A DNA stretch of 64,000 bases from NCBI GenBank assembly GCA_003281085.1, contig QCCZ01000004.1, positions 3,419 to 67,418 of the forward strand, read 5' to 3'. The stretch comes from OCS155 cluster bacterium AG-349-E07 (GTDB lineage Bacteria > Actinomycetota > Acidimicrobiia > Actinomarinales > Actinomarinaceae). Shown here one piece after another: positions 32,233-39,788 of this stretch. The stretch's first letter is position 1; each line of letters begins with the position of its first letter. Below the pieces are notes generated by a model. It worked only from the letters and a program-made list of their open reading frames with translations, ran no database searches and was not told where the DNA came from. Made by a program: the position numbers and the translations under genes.

Positions 32233-32813
32233 CGCTCAACTTCCTCTAAAATCTGTCTTAGCTTTTGATGGGCTCTATGAAGTCTAACCTTTGCAGCGGT
32301 GACACTTATATCCAAGTAATCTGCAATCTCTTTATGAGATCTTCCTTCTATATTTTTTAGTTCAACGATAATTCTCTGCTCAATTGGAATTTTATCTAAT
32401 GCATTAATTAATACTGACGATAGGTCGGAGTTTATAGCAACTAACTCTGGATCTTTTTTCTCATCAATTACGATTGGTTCATAAGTGTCGTCAATATTTA
32501 AAGTATTGTGCTTCTTAGCTTTCTTTCTCAAAGTCCAGGCAGTATTAACTGTGATTCTATAAATCCAAGTGCTAAAAGTGGAATCACCTCTAAATTTTTC
32601 AATAGCTTTCCAAGCCCTAATAAAAGCCTCTTGTGCTACATCGTTTGCCATTTCTCTATTTCCTGTAAGTTTATAAGCAAGAGAAAAAACTAAATCTTGA
32701 TGCCTAATAACAAGCTGTTCAAATGCAGCTTTATCTCCAAGTTGTGATTTTCTAACTAGCTCCGAATTAGAAATTTCATCACTATGGTTGCTCACCTCTG
32801 ATGTACTACTCAT
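32229..32813 (-). CDS. ECF-type RNA polymerase sigma factor
   Basis: 194 aa with sigma-70 region 2 (FEQLVIRHQDLVFSLAYKLTGN...AQEAFIRAWK) and region 4 (SHKEIADYLDISVTAAKVRLHRA). Confidence 0.9.
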   Translation of the reverse strand: MSSTSEVSNHSDEISNSELVRKSQLGDKAAFEQLVIRHQDLVFSLAYKLTGNREMANDVAQEAFIRAWKAIEKFRGDSTFSTWIYRITVNTAWTLRKKAKKHNTLNIDDTYEPIVIDEKKDPELVAINSDLSSVLINALDKIPIEQRIIVELKNIEGRSHKEIADYLDISVTAAKVRLHRAHQKLRQILEEVER

Positions 32814-32850
32814 TATCTATATCAAGAATAATTAGGAAATCTTAATAAAT

Positions 32851-33012
32851 CTATCTTTTTTCTCGATGCAGTGTATGTTTTCTCAATCTTGGACTATATT
32901 TCATCATCTCCAATCTATCTGGAGTGTTTGTTTTATTTTTTGTGGTCACGTAATTGTGATCACCAGTTTCAGTACAGACCAAAGTTATTGGTGGTCTCTT
33001 ATCTGAAGCCAT
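32851..33012 (-). CDS. rpmG: 50S ribosomal protein L33, Cys-poor (zinc-independent type)
   Basis: Not in the ORF track (53 aa). My reverse translation is [53 protein letters not shown]. An AAGGAG SD lies upstream, and only 1 of the 4 canonical Cys is retained. Confidence 0.88.
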   Translation of the reverse strand: MASDKRPPITLVCTETGDHNYVTTKNKTNTPDRLEMMKYSPRLRKHTLHREKR

Positions 33013-33034
33013 TTTTTCTCCTTTTATTAACTTG

Positions 33035-33108
33035 TAGCGGCGGGCAGACTTGAACTGCCGACCTCACGATTATGAGTCGTGCGCTCTTACCAACTGAGCT
33101 ACGCCGCC
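33035..33108 (-). tRNA. metT: tRNA-Met, elongator type (anticodon CAT; Ile2/lysidine identity not excluded)
   Basis: 74-nt cloverleaf: GGCGGCG acceptor, D arm GCTC/GAGC, anticodon arm CACGA-CTCATAA-TCGTG, T arm GGCAG-TTCAAGT-CTGCC. It lacks the three G:C pairs of initiator tRNA. Confidence 0.88.
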
Positions 33109-33129
33109 ATAAGACTTATTTTAGCCTCT

Positions 33130-33202
33130 GAGCCCTCTTCCGGGATTGAACCGGAGACCTCTTCCTTACCATGGAAGTGCTCTACCGACTGAGCTAAGAG
33201 GG
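33130..33202 (-). tRNA. thrT: tRNA-Thr (anticodon GGT)
   Basis: 73-nt cloverleaf: acceptor GCCCTCT/AGAGGGC, anticodon arm CTTCC-ATGGTAA-GGAAG, T arm TCCGG-TTCAATC-CCGGA. Confidence 0.92.
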
Positions 33203-33206
33203 CAAA

Positions 33207-33289
33207 GTGCCGAGAGTAGGATTCGAACCTACGAAGGCGTAGCCGGCAGATTTACAGTCTGCTCCCTTTGGCCGCTCGGGCATCTCGGC
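33207..33289 (-). tRNA. tyrT: tRNA-Tyr (anticodon GTA), long variable arm
   Basis: 83 nt: acceptor GCCGAGA/TCTCGGC, anticodon arm GCAGA-CTGTAAA-TCTGC, long variable arm, T arm GTAGG-TTCGAAT-CCTAC. Confidence 0.92.
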
Positions 33290-33368
33290 ATAACAATAAA
33301 GTCTCTATTGATTTTAGATTATAAATAAAAATTAGTGAGATGAATTTTTAATTGATTAGGATTATTTT

Positions 33369-34355
33369 ATGGACAAAAAAGTAAGAGAATTGTTAAATAG
33401 ATGGCTAGAAAATGGTCTAATTAATCAAGCTTCTTATGAAAAAATATTAAAGTTTGAAGATGAGTCAAATCCAAATCAAAAATCTAAAGTTGCAAGAGCA
33501 ATAACTTTAATTGGAGGTTTATTTCTTTTATCTGGTCTTCTTGGAACAATACCTTTATTGTGGATGAATCTTGCATACTGGGCGCAACTAGGACTTTTAG
33601 TAGCAACTACTTACTTCTTATTTTATGCAGCTACTTATAGTGAAAAATTAGAAGATGAAAAACTATTCATTTTTAAATCAACAGAAAGAGTTAGCTCATT
33701 TCTTTTCTTGATTTCAAATATTTCATTTGGGGCCTCGGTAACTTTTGCTATAAATATTCTCCAAGAAACAGGAATCGTAAATTTTAGTGAAGAGATATCC
33801 TTTGTTGTTGTTTCGTTTTTTGTTTTACTTTATGCTATTTATTTGTTTTTAAGAACAAAATTAATTTTTCAACATGCAGCATTATTTTATTGTATATGTT
33901 TTCATCTGGGTGCTGTTGGGAATTTATTATTTCCGAATATCGAACCTTGGGCTGCTGGACTTTTTTTAATTGCTATTGGAAGCATTTGGGGTATAAATAC
34001 TTACTCAACACTTCTGAAACCAAGCTGGTTAGGATATTTACTATCAGCATCTACTGTTTCCATTGGCACAATAATTTTGATAGAAGACCTCATTCAAGTT
34101 GAAATAATTAGTATTTTAATTTTAATTTTGGGATCAATATTTTATGTTTGGGCAAGTATTCAGCTTTCTGAACAAGTGATATTTTTTATTGGTGGTTTGG
34201 GCCTAGTTATAAACCTTCCGAGGTTGATAACTGAAATATTGCCAGACAACATATGGCCACCTTTAATTCTTTTCCTAGTGGGAGGAGTGCTTGTAGTAGT
34301 AGGTTTATATTTAAATTCAATAAGAGAGAATATTATATCTACTGATACAGAATAA
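33369..34355 (+). CDS. Polytopic membrane protein (DUF2157-like N-terminus; family uncertain)
   Basis: 328 aa with a soluble N-terminal helix pair (LLNRWLENGLINQASYEKILKFE) followed by about 9 hydrophobic helices. Confidence 0.6.
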   Translation: MDKKVRELLNRWLENGLINQASYEKILKFEDESNPNQKSKVARAITLIGGLFLLSGLLGTIPLLWMNLAYWAQLGLLVATTYFLFYAATYSEKLEDEKLFIFKSTERVSSFLFLISNISFGASVTFAINILQETGIVNFSEEISFVVVSFFVLLYAIYLFLRTKLIFQHAALFYCICFHLGAVGNLLFPNIEPWAAGLFLIAIGSIWGINTYSTLLKPSWLGYLLSASTVSIGTIILIEDLIQVEIISILILILGSIFYVWASIQLSEQVIFFIGGLGLVINLPRLITEILPDNIWPPLILFLVGGVLVVVGLYLNSIRENIISTDTE

Positions 34356-34359
34356 AAAA

Positions 34360-35130
34360 ATGAAGCAAAGAAATACTCCTTTATTCCTATCGCTAGGAAT
34401 ACTTCTTATAACTACAATCATTGTTGCTATATTTGGAGTCGTACCTTTACCGAAATATGAAATCTTAGAGAATGAAGACGGACTCAGAGGAAAATTAATT
34501 TATCATGTTCAGGTTCAAAGTCAAAATTTAATTCCTCCCGCACCAGATATTATGGACGAATGTATTTTATTGATTGATCTTGAAGCTAATTCATTTAAAG
34601 AAGAAAAAATAATTTGTAGTAGCGACCTTTACGATATGTCATATGATATTTACTTTTACAATACTGAAATTTTTGAAGATGAAAATATCTTACTCAAATA
34701 TTGGGATGAATCATCAGGTGACGAAATGGGGCTAATAATAAATATAGAGACAAAAAAAGTAGTTGATAAGGTACAGCAACCAAATTTTTACTCTGAAGAC
34801 AGAAATAGGATGAATGTATATGGTGAAAAACTTATTGACCCATGGGACACGTCTGATTATAACTCAAGGGTAATTGGAGTCTACTATGCAAATAGAATGG
34901 AGAATATAGAAGTTTTCAAATCGAAAGCACCCACAAACTATTACTTTGAGTCTCTTCACTGGTCTCCAAATGGTGACTATATTGCAGCATTAGACTCGGA
35001 GGAAAATTTTATAATTTTTTCCAAAAATAAGAAATCCAAACCAGGAATAATACAATTTTCAGAAGTAAATTTGAAAATTTTTGATGATGAAGAAAGAGAA
35101 ATACAAAATTTAATAGGTTGGACTGATTAA
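34360..35130 (+). CDS. Membrane-anchored hypothetical protein
   Basis: 256 aa with one N-terminal TM, then an acidic Tyr/Asp-rich extracytoplasmic domain. It starts 4 nt after the upstream gene. I recognise no family. Confidence 0.5.
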   Translation: MKQRNTPLFLSLGILLITTIIVAIFGVVPLPKYEILENEDGLRGKLIYHVQVQSQNLIPPAPDIMDECILLIDLEANSFKEEKIICSSDLYDMSYDIYFYNTEIFEDENILLKYWDESSGDEMGLIINIETKKVVDKVQQPNFYSEDRNRMNVYGEKLIDPWDTSDYNSRVIGVYYANRMENIEVFKSKAPTNYYFESLHWSPNGDYIAALDSEENFIIFSKNKKSKPGIIQFSEVNLKIFDDEEREIQNLIGWTD

Positions 35131-36083
35131 TTAAATTTACTTTTAGGCCTTACTCCAATCTCACTAATGACATGTGCAGCACTTTTATTAGCAAAGTTAG
35201 CTGACTTATCTAAAGAGAATTCCTTTTGTAAACCATAGAGATATCCTGCTGCAAAGAAGTCGCCTGCACCTGTTTTATCAATAACTTTTGTTTCGGTAGC
35301 TTCAAAAAAATGTCTTTCACTATTCTTTAAAATTACCGCTCCGTCTGATCCTAAAGTACAAATTAATTCTTTAACTTTAGGAAAATTTTCTTCAAAATAT
35401 TTAAATGATTCATTTGTAGAACTTTGAAGACATAGAGAATTTAATTCATCTTCATTGCAAAACACATAATCAATATCATCTGCAATAAAGCTAATAAAAC
35501 TATCTCGATGCATCTCAACACAAAATACATCTGATAGGCTTATTGAATTTAGACCCCCAGATTCTTTATTAATCTTTGCTGCATTTAGAAAAGCAGATTT
35601 ACTTGAAGGTTTATCCCATAAGTAACCTTCCATATATAAAATTTTTGCTTCTTTAATTGCATCCATGTGTAAGTCGTCAACTGAGAGATGTTCACCAGCT
35701 CCAAGATAAGTGTTCATCGTTCTTTCACCATCAGGCGTAATAAAGATTGCACATAATCCAGTTTGATTATCTTCACTTTCAAGAACTGTATAATCACTTA
35801 GGCCAGAATCTTTTAAACTTGACTTAAATTTTTTACCTAAATCATCATTTGAGATTTTTCCAATAAATCCCACTTTTCCGCCCAATTGTGAGATCCAATA
35901 TGCTGTATTGGCTGCAGAACCTCCAGCTTCGTAAATTGGATTTTTCATATTTTGAAGAAGAAAATTTGAACGTTCTTTATCTACCAAAGTCATTCTTGCT
36001 TTGTTTAAATTTAATTCATCGATTACAAATTCTTCAATTTGTTCTAAAGAATCAACTAACGCATTTCCAATACAAATAATCAC
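35127..36083 (-). CDS. PfkB-family carbohydrate/nucleoside kinase (adenosine-kinase-like)
   Basis: 318 aa with the N-terminal GNALVD-type motif (IGNALVD) and the C-terminal DKTGAGDFFAAGYLYG anion-hole motif. Confidence 0.8.
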   Translation of the reverse strand: MIICIGNALVDSLEQIEEFVIDELNLNKARMTLVDKERSNFLLQNMKNPIYEAGGSAANTAYWISQLGGKVGFIGKISNDDLGKKFKSSLKDSGLSDYTVLESEDNQTGLCAIFITPDGERTMNTYLGAGEHLSVDDLHMDAIKEAKILYMEGYLWDKPSSKSAFLNAAKINKESGGLNSISLSDVFCVEMHRDSFISFIADDIDYVFCNEDELNSLCLQSSTNESFKYFEENFPKVKELICTLGSDGAVILKNSERHFFEATETKVIDKTGAGDFFAAGYLYGLQKEFSLDKSANFANKSAAHVISEIGVRPKSKFN

Positions 36084-36092
36084 AAATAAAGT

Positions 36093-36443
36093 TTAAATGA
36101 TTTGTCCTGGATTGCCTTCAGAGTCATAAATTTCTTTAGTAAAGTTTCTTAACTCTTTCATTCCGCCAGACATGTTATAGGCTTCTAAATCTTGTGAAAT
36201 CATATAGTTAGTTACCCTGGCTGATCTTGAACCAGACCGACATACAAATATATATTTTTCATTTTGGTGAAAACTATTCATATTATCCATTATTTCTCCC
36301 ATTGGAATATGAATAGCATTTACGTGGTGGCCAGATGTCCATTCATCGTTTTCTCTGACATCAACAAGTACACATCCTTCTTGTATCAAATTTTCAACTT
36401 CATTTGGTTGAACCGATGGAGTACTATTAATACCTAATTCCAC
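36093..36443 (-). CDS. Single-domain rhodanese-like sulfurtransferase
   Basis: 116 aa with VDVRENDEWTSGH and the active-site loop CRSGSRS. Confidence 0.8.
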   Translation of the reverse strand: MELGINSTPSVQPNEVENLIQEGCVLVDVRENDEWTSGHHVNAIHIPMGEIMDNMNSFHQNEKYIFVCRSGSRSARVTNYMISQDLEAYNMSGGMKELRNFTKEIYDSEGNPGQII

Positions 36444-37263
36444 TTTGAGCTTGCCTTAGTCGTCTTACTCTTTCGATTGTTGGGGGATGAGTTGAAAATA
36501 ATTTACTAAAACTATTGCCAGAAAAAGCCTTTAATGGATCAGATATAAAAAGTTGACTAACTGCAGGGTTAACATTCATTGGAACTTTTGAGTATCGATC
36601 AATTTTTTCTAGAGCTGACGCTAAAGCTAATGGGTTACCTGAGATTTCTGCACCTGTTTTGTCAGCACCAAATTCTCTAGTCCTCGATATTGCCATTCTT
36701 ATGATTAAAGAAGCTATAGGGGCTGCAATAAATGCCAAAATTATTATTGCAGGATGTGTGTTTCTATTTCTGCTTCCACCACCCCAAAAAGCCATCCTAG
36801 ACATAAAAGAAACTGCAGCTGCCAACATTGCAGCAATACTAGATACTAAAATATCTCTGTTTTTTATATGTGATAATTCATGGGCCAAAACGCCTTCTAA
36901 CTCATCTCTATTAAGAAGGTTTAATATACCTGTAGTTACTGCAACTTTTGCGTTTTTTGGATTTCTACCTGTTGCGAATGCATTTGGTTGATCGCTATTA
37001 ATAACATACAGTTCTGGCATTGGCATCTTTTCTTTTTGAGTTAGGTGAGAAATAATTTGAGTTACTTCACTAAATTGTCCATCTTTTATTGGCTGAGCAC
37101 GAGTTGATTTTATAGCTAAATTGCCTGAGAAAAAATAGATGAATCCATTAAAAATTAAAGCAAAAAAAAGTGCTGAAACAAGATCAAAACCAAAAGCTGT
37201 TGCAGAAAACATTACTACTAGAGTCATAAGCGTTAGTAGAGCGGTAGTTTTTACAAAATTCAT
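36427..37263 (-). CDS. htpX: Zinc metalloprotease HtpX (M48 family)
   Basis: 278 aa with four TM segments, the HELSHIKNRD (HExxH) motif and the downstream EFGAD motif. Confidence 0.88.
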   Translation of the reverse strand: MNFVKTTALLTLMTLVVMFSATAFGFDLVSALFFALIFNGFIYFFSGNLAIKSTRAQPIKDGQFSEVTQIISHLTQKEKMPMPELYVINSDQPNAFATGRNPKNAKVAVTTGILNLLNRDELEGVLAHELSHIKNRDILVSSIAAMLAAAVSFMSRMAFWGGGSRNRNTHPAIIILAFIAAPIASLIIRMAISRTREFGADKTGAEISGNPLALASALEKIDRYSKVPMNVNPAVSQLFISDPLKAFSGNSFSKLFSTHPPTIERVRRLRQAQSGIRY

Positions 37264-37287
37264 AATTTAATTATAAAAACTTTAAAT

Positions 37288-38304
37288 TTATAACTTTTCT
37301 GCAATTAAACAGTAAAAGCCTCCTAAACCATTTGAATCAACAATTGCTTTCATTCCATTCAACTCAGAATTAATCTTTAATTTTTCAATTCCTTCAGCGT
37401 ATATATACTTTTCTTGCAATTCATCAAAAAAAATATTGAATCCATTATCAAGTAAAAAATCTCTTTGTAGTTTTAAAGTCACATCATAACCAAGGTATTT
37501 TAGTTCTCTAGATATAGAGGAGAAGTTTACGTCGTAAGTAATATCTAAGTTTCCTGGATCTTCAATAGGGTCAACAGATAAATGATGATTTTTGTATGTT
37601 CTTAACAATGAACTATACACTCTCTTATCCCTGTTTTGCTGTTCGTAACCATAATCAAAAAGTAAAATTTTTCCAGGATTGATTTTTTTAATGACTGAAT
37701 TTAAAAATTTATCAATATTGACTTGAATCTCGAACTCATAATCCTCATTTGGAACAATATTATTTTTATTTACCCAATCAAGTTCTAAATTTCTCATAGG
37801 TTTTAAGTCATATGCCAGTGAAGCCTCCTCAAGTAACACTACTTTTTCATACCAAATTTCATCTTTATATAATCCGATAGAGCATGGTATATTGTCTAAT
37901 ATTTCATTTCCAAAAATTAAATCAGATGTTTTGGTAGTTAATTCATCAAAACTTGTATGTGTGTTTATCCCTTTATTAATTAATTCTTTTCTTGCAGTAG
38001 AAGATAGTTCAACAGCAGTAATTTCTTTTATACCTATTTGTTCTATCAAGGAACCTGTACCAGAGCCTATTTCAATAATATTTTTTAAATTACTTTCAGA
38101 ATTGATCCAATTTCGTATTATTTTTCCAAAATATTTCGAAACTTCGGGAGATGTTAAAAAATCACCATCTTTATCAGACCTTACTTGATCAGTATTAAAA
38201 AATCCTAGTCTCGAATATAAAGCTTCCTCCATAAAAGTGTCGAAATATATAAATTCTGTGTCATATTTTTCATGTAAATAAGAGAAAAAGTTTTGTTTCG
38301 GCAA
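37288..38304 (-). CDS. SAM-dependent methyltransferase of the DUF185 / NDUFAF7 (MidA) family
   Basis: 338 aa with GDFLTSPEVSKYFGKIIRNW (the family TSPE(I/V)S..FG motif) and the SAM motif EIGSGTGSL. Its TTG start lies 3 nt after the nuoN stop. Confidence 0.65.
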   Translation of the reverse strand: MPKQNFFSYLHEKYDTEFIYFDTFMEEALYSRLGFFNTDQVRSDKDGDFLTSPEVSKYFGKIIRNWINSESNLKNIIEIGSGTGSLIEQIGIKEITAVELSSTARKELINKGINTHTSFDELTTKTSDLIFGNEILDNIPCSIGLYKDEIWYEKVVLLEEASLAYDLKPMRNLELDWVNKNNIVPNEDYEFEIQVNIDKFLNSVIKKINPGKILLFDYGYEQQNRDKRVYSSLLRTYKNHHLSVDPIEDPGNLDITYDVNFSSISRELKYLGYDVTLKLQRDFLLDNGFNIFFDELQEKYIYAEGIEKLKINSELNGMKAIVDSNGLGGFYCLIAEKL

Positions 38305-38307
38305 ATC

Positions 38308-39786
38308 TTAATTGCCAAAAAATATCGAGGATACTTCTCCGAGATAACTGAAAATCCCTGGAAAGATTCCAGAAACAAATGTTATTAGAACAGTGAATAC
38401 ACCAACCACTTTAAGAGGATTTTCAAATTGAAAAATTTTCTCCTCATTGATAGATTTAGGTTCATCCATCCATATAACTTTTGATATTCTCGCATAATAA
38501 ACTAAAGCAATTACAGCATTTATTGCACCAACAACTCCGAGAGCAATTCCAATTGAATTTGCAGAGCCTAATAAGCTTCTAAATACTACAAACTTTGCGA
38601 ACCAACCACCTAAAGGTGGTATTCCCGCAAGTGAGAAAAAGAAGATTGTTGTTAAGACTCCGGCTAGAGGTGATTTTCTCGCAGCCCCTCCCCACTCATA
38701 GAAGTTTGTTGATCCGGCATAATTACTAAAAAGATGCACGGACAAGAATGCTCCTAAATTCATAAATGCGTAAATAATCAGATAAGTAACACTTGCAAAA
38801 ATTCCATCTTGATAATCTCCGGTAATTCCAGATATTGCAATTGGGGCTAATATAAAACCAGCTTGCGAAATAGATGAATAAGCTAAAAGTCTAACTGGGT
38901 TATTTTGTTGCAATGCGACCAAATTACCAAGTGTCATGGTCAAGCCTGAGATAATCACAAGAATTATCCCCCAGCTTGATCCTGATCCTGCAAAAACTTT
39001 GGTTAATAAAATTATGAGAGCAACAAAACCAGTTGCTTTTGAACTTACAGATAGATATGCAGTTACAGGTAAGGGTGCTCCCTCGTAAGTGTCTGGTGCC
39101 CATGAATGAAAAGGAACTACGGAAATCTTAAATCCAATTCCAGATATTACTAATATTGCACTCAGTAATACTACTGGAGAATTAGCAAGTGATGCACCAA
39201 GCAAATATGAAGAGATCTCGGAAAAAACTAGTTTGCCTGAAAGACCATACAGAAGCGAAAATCCATACAATATAAGAGAAGCTGATAATACGCCTAAGAG
39301 AAAAAACTTAATTGCACCCTCATTTGATTTTCGATCACCTTTTTTCCATCCAGAAAGTAAAAACATCGGAGTAGAGGCAAGTTCAATACCAATAAATATA
39401 GTTAACAAATCCCTAGAAGAACTGACTATTAGTGCACCTAAAAGAGAACTTAATAATAAGTAGTAATATTCTCCTTGGTAATACTTATCGCTTTCAATGA
39501 AGTTAATTGAGAGAAGGAAGGTTAAATAAGTAATTAATATAAATAATCCTTTTAAAATAATTGAAAATTTGTCAATAACAAAGCTATTTTCAAAAGCATA
39601 TATAGGTGTCGTATAGCTTGCCCATTGAATTACTAAAGGTGCCAAAGAAAATAAAGTTCCAAGAAGTGCAAAAGCAGCTACATAATATTTTGATTTTCTT
39701 GGAAGAATCAAATCAAGAACTAGTGTTCCAACTATGGTAAAAACTACAATAAGTTCAGTAGATATTGCAAAATAATTTATAGAAAT
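38308..39786 (-). CDS. nuoN: NADH-quinone oxidoreductase subunit N (start probably non-canonical, upstream of the track's TTG 39711)
   Basis: Antiporter-like protein with FKISVVPFHSWAPDTYEGAP. The frame stays open upstream to 39828 and encodes a TM1-like KISINYFAISTELIVVFTIVGTLVLD with no ATG/GTG/TTG. ATT at 39786 follows GGGGG. Confidence 0.85.
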   Translation of the reverse strand: MSINYFAISTELIVVFTIVGTLVLDLILPRKSKYYVAAFALLGTLFSLAPLVIQWASYTTPIYAFENSFVIDKFSIILKGLFILITYLTFLLSINFIESDKYYQGEYYYLLLSSLLGALIVSSSRDLLTIFIGIELASTPMFLLSGWKKGDRKSNEGAIKFFLLGVLSASLILYGFSLLYGLSGKLVFSEISSYLLGASLANSPVVLLSAILVISGIGFKISVVPFHSWAPDTYEGAPLPVTAYLSVSSKATGFVALIILLTKVFAGSGSSWGIILVIISGLTMTLGNLVALQQNNPVRLLAYSSISQAGFILAPIAISGITGDYQDGIFASVTYLIIYAFMNLGAFLSVHLFSNYAGSTNFYEWGGAARKSPLAGVLTTIFFFSLAGIPPLGGWFAKFVVFRSLLGSANSIGIALGVVGAINAVIALVYYARISKVIWMDEPKSINEEKIFQFENPLKVVGVFTVLITFVSGIFPGIFSYLGEVSSIFFGN

Positions 39787-39788
39787 TT

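Noticed and set aside
33035-33108. Whether the CAT-anticodon tRNA is the initiator tRNA-fMet.
   Set aside because: The anticodon stem is CACGA/TCGTG, without the three consecutive G:C pairs. Position 1:72 is a G:U pair rather than the C:A-type mismatch of bacterial initiators. I therefore call it elongator Met; Ile2 is not excluded.
33146-33328. A 60-aa plus-strand ORF across the tRNA cluster. Also 32871-33053 opposite rpmG, 31817-32044 opposite tRNA-Trp and the anti-sigma gene, and 4781-5005 opposite rpmJ/infA.
   Set aside because: These regions are fully explained by hand-folded tRNAs and by the short L33/L36 genes on the other strand. The plus-strand ORFs are artefacts of a track that omits ORFs under 60 aa.
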